DNA of 64,000 bases from Octopus bimaculoides (Eukaryota): positions 70,193,007 to 70,257,006 of the forward strand of contig NC_068990.1 of the NCBI RefSeq assembly GCF_001194135.2, in the 5' to 3' direction. The position numbers and the translations under genes are program-made. The notes beneath the pieces were generated by a model, which worked only from the letters and a program-made list of their open reading frames with translations, ran no database searches and was not told where the DNA came from. Positions 26,401 through 39,660 of this stretch are shown here, piece by piece; positions within the stretch are counted from its first letter, which is position 1; every line of letters begins with the position of its first letter.

Positions 26401-28854
26401 TTTCATATTAACCCAAAGCAATAAACCCCTAAGCTTATTTCATTGATCTATGATAAATGAAAGCCAAAGTTGACTTGGATGAGATTTTGAACTGAGAACA
26501 AAGATATTTAATCCATAACTACCACTTCTCCCCAAAATAATGATTTCTAAGGTAGCTAGGGATAGTGAGTGAGTAGTTGATTAAATTGAGCCCGGTTCTC
26601 AAGACGTTTTATCAGTCCAAAAGAATGAAAGGCAGAGATAGAATTTAATTATAGAATATCGATGAACCCAGCTAAACACTGCATAACCCCCTTTGATATC
26701 AACCTGCATCAGGTTGCTCTTGGTTCTATGATACATTGTTTTAAAGTGATCTAAAAATCTTCCAAAGTTCTGTGTTAATTGATGTTCCAAACACCAGCTT
26801 AATGACATTTTACTGAAGTCTTCGTTAATTTTAAAAATTAATCAAAACATGTATTTCAACCAGAAATATGGCAAGAAAATGATAATGGTAATAAAATTCA
26901 TTTGTTTTATCTAATGACTGTAAACCAGTTTTTAAAGGTGAAGTCAATATTGTTCATCAGCCCTTGTAGATGGCAAAGATGGAGTTAGACTAAAGTTAAG
27001 GGTGCACTTGAAAGCCAGCTTTTATGACAGTTACAAAATACCTTGAAGAATCAATGCAGAATAAAACTATATACATGCTGAAACAGTTGCATCAAATATA
27101 AAGTTATTTGGGTGGAGTAATCAAACAGGAAAAGAAAAAAATCCAATTATTTTAATATAATTATAAGTATACTTGTACCACTTGCAGTTTAGCTATGATA
27201 ATATGACTGGACTTCTCTATTGAAAATGAAACATTAATCAGCAATAAGAGGATTTAGAAAGTAACCAAAATAAATCTAGAGTAATTGATCATTAAGTGGC
27301 TGAGTATTGAAAATAAGTAATTTGTCTACTGTAAAAGGAAAGGTGTTAATAGGTACCTATGATTTAAAGTATTAGAGCATTAGGATCCATATACAACTTG
27401 CCAACTAGAAGCCAGTTCTTCAGTAGCAGATAGTAAATTACCAACCAAAATAGAAATATCTGGCATAAATTTTATATAAATTTTAATGACTTCTCCATAT
27501 GAACATTTAATCCTTTTATTACCATATTTGTTTGAAATCGACTGCCTTTACTTCAATTAATTTTGAAAATCATGAAGTTAGTAAAATAACTTCATTTTTA
27601 ATCTGGTGTTTGGAACATATGAAATCTTGATGGAAGATTTCCATTTAGATAATTTTAGGACAGGAAATTAGTCAGGGTCAAATATTTTGCTTTGAAAGTG
27701 GAAAATTAGTGTAAAAGCTAGAAAGATTTTTTCCCATGCATTATTTCATAATGACTTAAAAATCAGTTATCAAAAATGACAGCAAAATTATCTACTCTTG
27801 GATAACACTTGAGTTTAGCTGAGTTTTAACGTATTAACACCAAGATTCTATTAAAAGAGCTGAACCAACAAATAAAACCTAGTATCTTGAACAATTTCCT
27901 GGCAGTAACAATGTACAAGTGGGATGGGCAAAGAAAAAGTCAAATGAAAAAGAATACACTGTGATGACACAAATCTATTCAGTTTAGTAAGGCAAATCAG
28001 AGCCTGGCCAAATCAAATTTGTATCTAATAGATCCTTTTGAAATAGAATTCAGATTCATGAGAGAAGATTGTCTTAATTGCTTTTCAAAAAGTATCACAG
28101 CTTTGACTGTGAGGTCCAATGGTTCCCTCTGAGGGTGGGTGAGGTTTTCCAGTATGACAAAGTCTCACAGGAAATGCCAACTCTGTATTTATTTCCTTTC
28201 ATCTACTTTAACTTGATACTTTTTCCTTCCTTATTATTTTCATAAAGTGCAATTGTGTATTATTTTAAAATATAGTCTATAAAAATATTTTAAAAAAACA
28301 CCCTCTAACAAATGTAAGCAAAAATCTAACTTTCATTCTCAGTAACACATCTGAAGATGACAGTACTAATTGTGCTAGTCAAGTGATTTTTTTAAAGTCG
28401 CAGTTAAAAGCCTCAGTTAAACTCAAGTGTTATCCAAGAGTAGATAATTTAACCATTACTGAATCTATAGTATTGAATATCAATATAACTGCAATATCTA
28501 AAGAAATTAACGTGTGGACATAAGCCCAACAGAGTTGTCCATTTGATGTTAAGTAACGTGTTGATAGAGGCTGGCTATAGTAAATAACAGATTAAAAAGG
28601 TCATGTTGCTGAACTGTGAGACTGATTACATCTAAAAGCTGCTGTTTCTCTCTCTCTCTCTCTGTAGCTTTGATCAAAAGGAACTGATGTTATTAAATGG
28701 TGTCAAATGATTGGGTGTTTCAACCAATACTCTCCTAGACCCATTCCAACCACATGTGCAGGGAAATAAAAAGAGAGTAAGACTTTTCAGTTAATCGGAT
28801 CAATTAAGCTTGTCATACAGTTATTGCCTTCATCATCATAGGATTATGCTATTC

Positions 28855-29200
28855 AGGTGGAGGTGTGGGTGTTTAATTAAGATTGTTTTCTAACTATATG
28901 GTTTCAGGTTCAGTCCCATTGCATTGCACCCAGGGTAAATGTCTACTGCAGCCTTGGGTTGACTAAAGCTTTGCAAGTTGATTTGGTAGATGGAAACAGA
29001 AAGAAGCTCAGTTTGTGTCCTTGACTTGACATATTATAGTTGTAAATGAGTGTCTGTCATACAGTGTCATTCATTTCAAATATGCTACAAAAAACACGTC
29101 TGACCATGGGGAAATATTACCATGCTTGGAAACAGGTGAGGGTTGGTGACAAGACGGGTATCTGTCCGTAGAAAATCTGCCAAATGCAAGCATGGTACAG
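28855..29200 (+). mobile_element. CORE-like SINE with an RTE-type tail
   Basis: GGTTCAGTCCCATTG..GATTTGGTAGATGGAAACAGAAAGAAGC..CCATGGGGAAATATTACC..CCGTAGAAAATCTGCC. Confidence 0.75.
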
Positions 29201-32200
29201 GAGACGTTTAATTCAATAATAAAGTTATTTTACTAAATTTTGCATTATTTTCAAAATTAAAAGAAAGGCAGTGCATTTCAATAGAAATAAGGTAATGAAA
29301 GAGCTAAAATATATTTGCCCCACAAATCTATGACTTGTGAAAGAACCTTATCAGTATTTCATGGTTAGGACATCAGCAGAAAAATCTTAAGAGAAAGGTG
29401 ATTAGCTCACTTCTTTGATGAAGGGTTCCTAACCTCTAAATATTAAAATAGCAGAAAACCAACATATTTTTATAATATGCATTGTTTTGGCTTTTATATT
29501 ATATGTCACTATCATCATCTAACGTCCAATATATATGTCTCGCATTGATACAGAATCAACATCAGTATTCATCTCATATCAGAGAGAGAGAGAGAGTGAG
29601 GATAAACTATCTCGCTCACACATTTTTAAATGACAATCTGCCACAGTTTGCAAAAGTATTGTTCTGAACCAATGCGTCATGAATCTTATCTTGCAAAGCT
29701 GACAAACACCAAAACAGTTACACTATAATTGTTAAGTAACTTAGTAAGTCTGAACAACTTAAGATATATCAGTCAAGGACATTTTGTTTAACAAATTAAA
29801 AACAATAGAGATACAAATCTCTAATTAGAAGGTATTTACTGAAATTAAATGGTGTAGTCACAGTAAAAATAGATACAAGAACCAATTTGAATAAGGTTTA
29901 AAAAAAAAAGTTTTGGACAGAATAAGTAATTATGCTGCTTAAAGGTTACAATTTAGTTCATTAATGATGCTTCTATTGTCATTTCTAAAACCAAATGAGT
30001 AGAGGTAAGTTAGAAGATTCTATTCTCTACAAAAATTTATAATCCAAGTTTGTCTCAATTTCTTCAATATTAAATTGTGCTGTAATCAGAATCAATAACC
30101 ATTATCACTAGGTTAGACAGAATTTATTGAGATACATATTCTACAAATGGATGTTCTTGCTGCCAAGCCATCACCCGTTTCCATTCTCTGAAGATGGGCA
30201 CTTGTGAAAGCGAAAACATGAGATACTTCCCCAGTCAGACATGTTCCAACAGAGGATCAAAAATGAATACTACCACTTGTAAGGTGACACTTGTTTACAA
30301 CTATCACATTATGTCAAGACAAGGAGAGACAAGCACACACACACAATGGGAGTGAACCTGAAACTATGTGGCTGAGAAGTGAACATCTTAACTACACAAC
30401 TATGCCATTCTACTTAACCTTTCTAATACCAACCCACCTGAGACCACTGTTGTTTCTATGACAAACTTTCTGCCTTAAACTGATCTCAAAAATTTCCATC
30501 AAAATTCCATTTTAATTTACATTTTAGTTTAATTATGACAAATTTTCTATACATTCTTCAATATTTCCAATATTAATTGAAAAGAAAAAAAAAAGCGGTG
30601 TAATTCAGCAGAATTATGGTGAATTAAATCCTATGGTGGTTCAGTTACTCATCTACAGAATCACAAAGTCTTGCCATTGGCCAAGATCTCTGGTACCAAC
30701 AGGACAACTCTGAATAGTTTCATCATTCCTCCTGAAGGAGACATCATTTGTTTCTGTGTTACTCATTTACAGCTGGGAGAATTACAGCAGCATGAAGTAT
30801 TTCACTCAAGAACACAGTGCAATGCTCAGTTTGGGAATCAAAACCATCTTGCAATCATAAGTACAAAACTAATGAATGACATTTAAATTATACATCATTG
30901 TTATATGACTATTGTGTGATGAGTCATATCCATCCACACCTTAGGTGGTACATGTTTAGTCACCGATTTGTAATCTGCAGATTATTTTAAATGTGTTAAA
31001 CTACCCAAATTTAATATTTTGAAGAGTTGATTTCACTATTTCAGATTTTCAAGATAAATTTTGTAAAACACAGTTGAAATTAGAGGAAATATTAAACAAA
31101 TTGAAAGGCCACCAAATTCTTCTACCTCCATTTTAATTAGAAGGGCCTCTGTTAATCTGATCAGGCCAACAAGGATTTCTCGAGTTTATTTTCAATGTTT
31201 TCACATTCATAGAAATGTTTTACAAGGTCTAATACATTTTGTTTAACCCTTTTCATATTAACCCACCTGAGTGTCACTGGCTTTATGATACAAACTTCTT
31301 GTTTTGAAGTGACTTAAAAATTTCCCATCAAAATTTCATGTTAATTGATGTTCCAAACACCACCTTAACTAAGCTATTTTAATAAATATTATTACCACAA
31401 TTAACCTGAATCAAAGGCAGCGTAGCTACAGAAATATGGTAGCAAAAGGATTAATGACAGGTAACACAACTGATCTTGTGTCAAAGCAATGTTGCTCCAA
31501 CGTTACAGTGGATTATTGGGGTACACCAAATCTATTTCTGTCTACAAAAACAGCAAATACACATTACTCAAACTTCCTCATCCTGTATATTTTACTCAAT
31601 TACCACTTTTCTTATTGAAAAAACAATTTTTTCCAGAATAATTTAAAGATTATTTTCCTAGTAAACTATAACTAGAAAACACACTTGTAAACTCATTACC
31701 TGAACTAAAGTCCATGACATCAAGGTTACAATTCAGATGGTCAAAGATGAAACTCAGTATGTCAGTATATTAATCTAAAATGTTTACAAATGCAGCTGCA
31801 TTCCAGTCTTTGATAACCAAGTTAAAATCACTTCAACACTCAAAAGACCAGTTGACTCGACTTTGTACCAATCTAAATTTCCTTTTACTTATTTCAGTCC
31901 TTGGACTGTGGTCACACAGAAGCACCACCTTGAAGGTTAATCAAACTTATCCTACTAATTTTTTAAAGGCTGTTTATTCAATCAGTTCATTTTGCCAAAC
32001 TGCTAAGTTATGGGGATCTAGATAAACCAATAGTAATTGTCAAGAGTGGGGCACAGGCATAAGCTTCCACACAGTTGCCATCTACCAAATTCACACAAAG
32101 CATCTATCAGACCAGGACCATAGAAGACGCTCAGTGTCAGTATGACAACCTGAAAGAAGATGGTTGCAAAATGAGCTCAACAAAACCACGCCTGAAAATT

Positions 32201-34969
32201 TTTTTAAAAAAAGTGGACAATGGGACCAGAGTAAGAAATTGAGATAAAAATCAAAAGGAGCAGAACAAGTGCGTGTGTGTGTGTATCATTTAATGTCCAT
32301 CTTCCAAGCATGCATGGAGAGGACAGTTGATAGGCTACTGTCCGTCTTGGCAGGGATTTTATGGCTGGATGCCCTTCCTAACACCAACCACTCCAGAGTG
32401 GATTCAGTACTTTTTACGTGGCACTAGCACAGATGAGGTTAGTTTTGGCATGATTTTTACAGCTGGATGCCCTTATGGCAGTAGAATGAATCTCAAGATT
32501 ATACATTATATAATATCTAATTACTAGAAAAGAATTTCCATCTAACTTCTCAAAGTCCACTACCAAAGTGTCTAAGTCATTTTTTTTTATTCCCTTCAGA
32601 CTAGAACAATAGTTTTAAAAGCTAAAACAAAAATTAAGAATTTATAAGAAACAGATTTTTGGTCATTTTCATTAAAGTAATCCATCAGTTAAAAATACTT
32701 TAAATGAATCATTTGTACTATCTCACTTCATGATAAAAACAATATTCAACCAAAACACAAAGCAATAAATGTTTATGAGATAGGTATTTAACGACTCCAC
32801 CCTGTATTAATGGGAGATTCATTAAGTTTCATAAATTCCCATTAGTGGTGTTTGGGGAGGGAGAGAATAGAAAAAAAAGCAAGAGACAGACTTCAGTAAT
32901 GAACAAAGCAGCACCACTTTGGAAAATTAATTACAACTTTCTGTTATGAGATTAACAAACCTGGAAGAACAAAAAAAACAAATATTAAAGGTTGTTGAGA
33001 ATTCCGAAGCTTAACTATGAGTAATTAAAACAGAAGTGGAAGGTGAGTTCAATGCCTGATTTCCACAATTAAAGACTACTGGACATAATGGTCTCTAATT
33101 AATTCCTTTATTAGGCGACTCACTCCGCCACTGAATAGGAGGGGGAGGTGTTAAATTGCTTTAGCGAACTAACATTACATAAGAAAATTTGCATAAAAAT
33201 GCAAGAATTTTTTTTGTCCCTCAAAATTTAATTCTAAAATATCTGTTTGGGAAAAGCAATATTTTAATATAAAAATTACAATATAAAATTAAAATCTGTA
33301 ACTACTCCACCCATAAAAAAAATTTTAAACCTAACAAAATATTGAAATCCATCCTCTCTCAGATTGATCAAACAATTCACTTCCAAATATGTCCAAGAGG
33401 GATTATTAGCCAATTTTTATTTATTTTGTAATGCCTGGAACAGATTCTTGAGTTCTACAAATTTTTAATTGTCTGGAACAATTAACTTGATCAAAGGAAT
33501 CAATTATGAAGGGATTGATGTTAGTAAAATTCTACCAATATTCCTACTGTGGGAACATGTTCCTTGGTGTAGCAATAGACAGAGACATATCCAGGTTGTA
33601 ATAAATGGGATACTAAAGATAATGGGACTAACTTGAGAATCCTATACAAGAAGTTCCAAAATAGTAAATATTTCTCCAAGATTTAAGAACAATCACCCAC
33701 AATTTAGATTGATATACTATTCTTTAGCACTTTAGCATTTAAACTGGCCACACCCAGTCAAATGATTCCACATATATTCAAACTGGCCAAATCTGGCCTC
33801 TCCCATCTACCCTATGTCATTCTATAAATAATCACCAAAATGTTGAAGTGACAAGGTAACACTTGATTGATTCAAAACAATATGAATTAAGAAGCAGTAC
33901 ACTTGACAGAATACTAAAAGGTTAAACCAGTGATACCTAAATAGGGCCATACAAAATCTTTGGTGGGCCACAGTAACGCTTGTATATTTAAGAAAAAGTT
34001 CCAAGCACATTAATTAAAAATTTTTCACAACCACACTACATTGACATAGCCATTACGTAGTCGCAACTGATCTCTGCAAACATGGAAAAGTAGACATTAA
34101 AACATTTTTACTCTTCACATATGGCTAGTGTAGTATCATTATCAAAAAGGCAGTAAGCTGATAGAATCATTAGCAAGCTGGACAAAATTATTTGTGGCAT
34201 TTCATCCACCTTTAAATTGAGTTCAAATTCTGTGTGTTTATTTTGCTATTCATCTTTTCAGAGTTGCTAAAATAAGTACCAATTGAGCACCGAGGTCAAT
34301 GCAATTGGCCAGCCCCCTCCCTCAAAATTTCAGGCCTTGTGCCAATAGAAGGAATTATTTAAGCCTGAATTAAGGTAGTGAACTGGCAGAATCAGCTGTT
34401 GAAAAAAAATATGCCTTGCAACCTCACCAAGGTTAACTTTTGCCTTTTATGTCTTTGGGGAAAATAAAATACCAATGAAGTACTGAGGTCAACTAACCTG
34501 AACCATTTCCCTAAAAACTGCTGTCTTCCTGCCTAAATCAGAATCTATTCATTTGGTGCTTCAGACATTTGGTTTTAATTAGTTGGCACTGAATGGGCCC
34601 ACAGGAGAAAGAAGGTTGAACATCTAGCTTTTAAACCACTAACATTGTAATTGACCTATATAGTATTTTTTTTACTGACAGGCAAACTGTCACAAACTAA
34701 TTCTAAATTTTATTTCACAGTCAAAATTTTTTCTTTTGCTATACCATTACTAAAGTGCTACTTTAGATGCCTAATCTATTGCCTATAACAGTGAGCCTAA
34801 CCATTACTAAAATGCTACCATATCTATGAATCATGAAATCTAATCAATTGCCTACAAAAGTACTTGTTTCCATTCAAGATACTGAGCTTAAATTTCACAA
34901 ATTTTCAAATTTTATGAAAATTTAAAACACCTTTCATGCCCATATATTTACCTAAACAAGTGCAGATAC

Positions 34970-35285
34970 AGGCATGGCTGTGTGGTAAGAAGCCCGCTTC
35001 TCAACTACATGGTTCTGGGTTCATTCCCACCACATGATAACTTAGGCAAGTGTCTTCGTCTATAACCTCAGGCCAACCAAAGCTTTGTACAATGGATTTG
35101 GTAGATGAAAACTAAAAGAAGCCAGTCACTTGATAACTGGTGTTAGTGTTTATGTCTATCACTTAGTGGTCCAGGAAAAGAGACTGATAAAATAAGTACC
35201 AAACTTAAAATTAAGTACTGGGGTCATTTCATTCAAAGCAGTGCCACAACATGGCTGCAGTTTAATGACAAGTAAAAGATACAAG
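34970..35285 (+). mobile_element. CORE-like SINE
   Basis: GGCATGGCTGTGTGGTAAGAAG..GGCAAGTGTCTTC..GGATTTGGTAGATGAAAACT. Related copies at about 56143-56300 and 62870-63290. Confidence 0.8.
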
Positions 35286-37869
35286 TTGTTCATTTTTTTT
35301 TTGTAACCTCCCTCTTCCACCCACTTAATGGTGTCATATAAATGTCCCCTCACAGAAAAAAGTAGGGTAGATTGTTTAAAACATTTAATTATATGCAATG
35401 ATTTATTACCCATATTTTCTAATGATCCCCATCCAATCTATGCCTCACTTTGGATATTTACCAGGACTAATACTCCTTATGTTAAATGTTTATCAAAATT
35501 ATGAAATTACATTACAAAATTATATTCCTTGGCATGTCAGTAAAGTTTTCTATTTACTGACAATACCATGTCATATATTAATGCTGACAAAGTTTTTAAA
35601 AATAATTTATTTCCAAGAAAGCTCTGTATGTCACTTTTAACCCCACCACTAGACATTTACTGCCCTTTTCTGATCTGACAACACCCCAAGTGGCTGCTAC
35701 CACCCAGATTAAGAAGCAGTGATTTAAACCAGTCCTAAATCTTATCTCCCACAACCCATTTCAACTAAAATATGACATCACAAAATAGTCCCTTGTCAGA
35801 GATATTAAAAGAATATTTACCAAAAGTGAGAAAGAGGCTTCCTGTCAAACTCCAACACTTTAACTATGCTATCACAAACTTGTATGCAAGCATGTAACAC
35901 ACACAGACAAGCTAACATGTAACCACTTTTTGGGTCAACTGAAGTTATCTTAAATGTCAACTTATACCAAAAGGTTAAGAGAGAAACAGACTTGATATAA
36001 ACCCCCTTACTCTCACCCACATGTACTATGACATATCACTATACTAATTTAGTTATTCTAATTATATACTGTATGAAGTCTTTTTATTTGAAGTTATTTT
36101 CCAATTGACAGTTAGCCCAGATTAGTAAAAAGGAGTATAAGTCGTAACTCTTGCATCACATCAATACAAGTGTAGAAATAAAAAGAAACCTGATTACACC
36201 TAAAGTAAATTAGAGATTTCACTCTGATAAACAGTGTAAACTAACATGTGGTGATTTAAAAAAAAAATAAAGTCTGTCAGTGAATAAGAGTAGCTCAAAA
36301 GGAGACTGGACTAATATGCTTCAATAGATCATCATCATCTGAAATGCTAGATAGGTGGAGTCTATAAAATCTATGCTTTCAAATTTCTCTCCAATAAAAT
36401 TAAATGTTCTTATAAATGCTTATCAACAAAAAGCTCAAAACCACACTGAATTTCATGAAATTTTTTCATTGATTCTTCAATATAGCTGGAATAAAATGAA
36501 CCCAAGTTTCATTTGGGACAAACTGACTGTAAAACTCTACTTGTAAAAGCAATTCAAGACAATTATAAACAAGCTACATGCATAATTAATTAATAAACTG
36601 ATAAAATGAATTACCAATATCCATTTATTTCAGTCAATTAAAAACTAACCCCTTGAACATTTCAAATCTACATTACAATTGAGAAATTTGGCTGTACTCA
36701 CATTCATCTATACCAAAATCCATTCACTAAATCAATTCTCCTGCCACTCACATCACATACAAGTCAATGAAGAAATGTGTTAGCACATTAGAATTATCAC
36801 ATGATAAAGAAAAGTTATGTGGTATAGTGGTGGCAGGCAGTCATGCTTCTGGCTGAACTATGAAGACTGTTTCCATTAGTTTTTTAAGAATTTGCTAATA
36901 CCATCTCTAGATTACAACTCCTCACACACTTCAGTAACATAATCCAAGATATATGGAAAAAACAAGATGGCCATGACTGGAATGTCTTCTCCAGAGCTGA
37001 TGTGGAATAAATTTTTCAGTATAAAGATTAAATTTCTTCATCTAAGTGTGTTTCCACAACAAATTTGGCTGATGTACCATGGGTACTAAACTCAAGATAA
37101 ACCTGAACATTGTTTTACACAAAATATATGCCATATGCTTAAAATGGCAGCTTAAAAGTGCACAAGTAGCACATGCCATATATATGCTCTTGTCACTGGA
37201 ATACCAGCCTCACCCAATCAATAACTTCAGTTCTTTATCAGATGAGCAATTAAGAAATTCACTTAAAGCACCAACAATTTATGCTACTACACAGAAGCAT
37301 CTTGTGTAAAGAGCTTATAGCTATTTTTTACTAAAATCAGTTACCTCATATTCACACAGGTAGACCAGCAATATCAAACTAAGGATTTAAACGTGCTCTG
37401 CAGCCATTATGCCACGGGACAATGCTAGGTGTACCACAGTGTAACCTGAATGTAATTTTTTTCCCTATGCTTTTAGTTATTTTTAGTTTAGGTGTGCTGC
37501 CAAATTTTGTAAAGAATAAGTGTACTGCAAGTGAAAAATGGTTGTGGAGCACCGATTAGATTAAAAGCCACACAAAAACAAAAGAAACCATTTAACAGAA
37601 GATTAATTACATCAGTCACAATTAATGCTACTTATTTACTAACAAGAAATTGAGCTACACGAGATTCTAAAACTGCATAAATCCTTTAAAATGTTGAAAC
37701 ACTGTTGCATGGTAATAGTGGTGGCAACAGGATAATAGTAATTACTAAAGACAGTTGCAACAAACAACTAACAAAATCAATGTTAAAGAGCTACACAGCC
37801 TTCAAGCTCTGACGATAAGTCATTCTAATATATGACTGCTCAGACCATTCCACAAATATAACCTGACTG

Positions 37870-39660
37870 CAATGCCTGTGGGACACAAGATACATTGAAT
37901 CCAATGATGACTGTAACTCAATCTTCAGTGTATAGCTAGCTTGTCATAGAGACATTAATATTTGGTTAGAGACCAGATGTCATTCTGCATGCATGACTTT
38001 TCCCCGCCCCCATCCACTTCTGATGGTACTGAACATATTTCTTGATATCTTCAATCCACTCTGCTCCATCATTCTAACTACCAAAGTGACCATCAGGTAG
38101 TAATGGCTTCCACCCATGAGGGATTGACGTTGCTTCTCTTTCAAATAGTCTTCAACTGTGAACTGCTTCTTTGGTCCTGCAGCTAGATGATCACCATGCC
38201 AGAGTTCTGATGTGCAAGAAACTGCCACATGTGATACAATTCAGATATGTTCATTATATAAAAAGCCATTTTAATGGATGAATTCAATATTGGTGTTGCA
38301 TTTCCATGTACATAACACTGCCTTGCCAAGTGACTGAAAGGCTCTTCTGTTAGGGTTAGTGTCTTAATGTGTCAGCTACATGTGGCCTATGTCTCACACC
38401 CATACAGGGAGATGGGAACAATGTTTCAGACATACAGAGTATGCTTGAAATGGTTTAGAATCTTGGCCAGTATACAGTCATCAGAAATTATGCAGCCAAG
38501 ATATGTGAATTTTGAGAGCTTGTGGCTGTTATTGAAGAAAGTGTGTGTGTGTGTGTGGGGGCTAACAGTATCATTAGTAGATTACCTTAGTAAAATTAAA
38601 ATTTTATAGAGAATCTTTATTAGGTTAATATCCTATAGTCAACAAGCTTTAATCTTGACTATGCTTTAATTATGATGTTAATTTATGCTCATTCTTATAA
38701 AAAGTGGACATCTGCCAAGATGAAGGTTCATGAGGTTTCCAGAGTATATGTGAACTAATAGTTAAGACATCCTTATACTGTAGATCACTGAACTGGGATT
38801 TTCTTGTTGAAAAGGTTCCCATCAAATAGGAAGTTAATGGTAACCCCTATCTTCCTTTGTGTAACTGTAGTTATGCAAGATGAAGATAAACAGTACAAGA
38901 GTTAGTACACAGCCTAATCTAACTGATATTTTTATTCTTAAAAGCTCAGACATCTACCCTCCAACAACTCGAGTAATCTTCCCTGTGTGAAAGTGAGAAT
39001 ATCTTACAGAAGTTCTAAACTTACAGTATTATAAATCCACAAAAGCAATGATGTGGACTACATTGTTCCTTACGTTTCTTCTGACGTTATCTTGTAACAA
39101 GAATCACAGCAACTGTCTTAGCTCCTGCAGAAGCCATACTGTGATTGTGGTGGATTTATTTTCATATTACTGATTAAACTAACCCTTTGAGAATGACCAT
39201 CCCAGCAAAATCAGAGCATACAGATTTTTGTAGAAGTTGACAATGTTAGAGTTCTTCCAACATTGTATACATACTATTCTCAGTTCCCTGTATCTGTGAT
39301 GTAGTGCATTTATGCAGTGATAACCATCCTTCAAAAGCTCTATTAGAATATTGTCTGATCCTTACATGATAGTTTTCAATGTTTTGATGGCCGTACTTTC
39401 AGAAACTGCCAGTGGCTTTTCAAAATTCCTTAACGACTGTTGGATTCACTGGTCTTATGGTACTGCTGCTTTAAGTATTCTTCCAGTGATCTACTATTGC
39501 CAACTCCTCTTTCAATAGAGAAATGTTACCTGACGTTTGGGGCTTTGAAAATTTCTGAACAATAGGTCTCTGACATCATAGAAATTGTGCATGTCACACC
39601 TGTCTACATGCCTGTAAATTTATTTAGCTTTTGCAACCCATCATTCCTCTTTCAAGGCGC
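37870..39660 (-). mobile_element. Heavily decayed RTE-1/BovB-like LINE
   Basis: Minus-strand peptides in the expected order: PQSQYGFCRS (39150-39121), IIAFVDL (about 39050), GVTINFLFDGNLFN, KFTYLGCIISDD (about 38500) and ELWHG..GPKKQF (ORF 37980-38228). Confidence 0.75.

Noticed and set aside
34744-34854. Degenerate local duplication (CCATTACTAAA.TGCTAC..CTAATC.ATTGCCTA twice)
   Set aside because: A short, old two-copy duplication with an indel and no sign of function or array structure; not CRISPR-like.
37356-37553. Possible third hAT MITE
   Set aside because: The right end GGTTGTGGAGCACCG is suggestive, but the left TIR and TSD are too degenerate to support.
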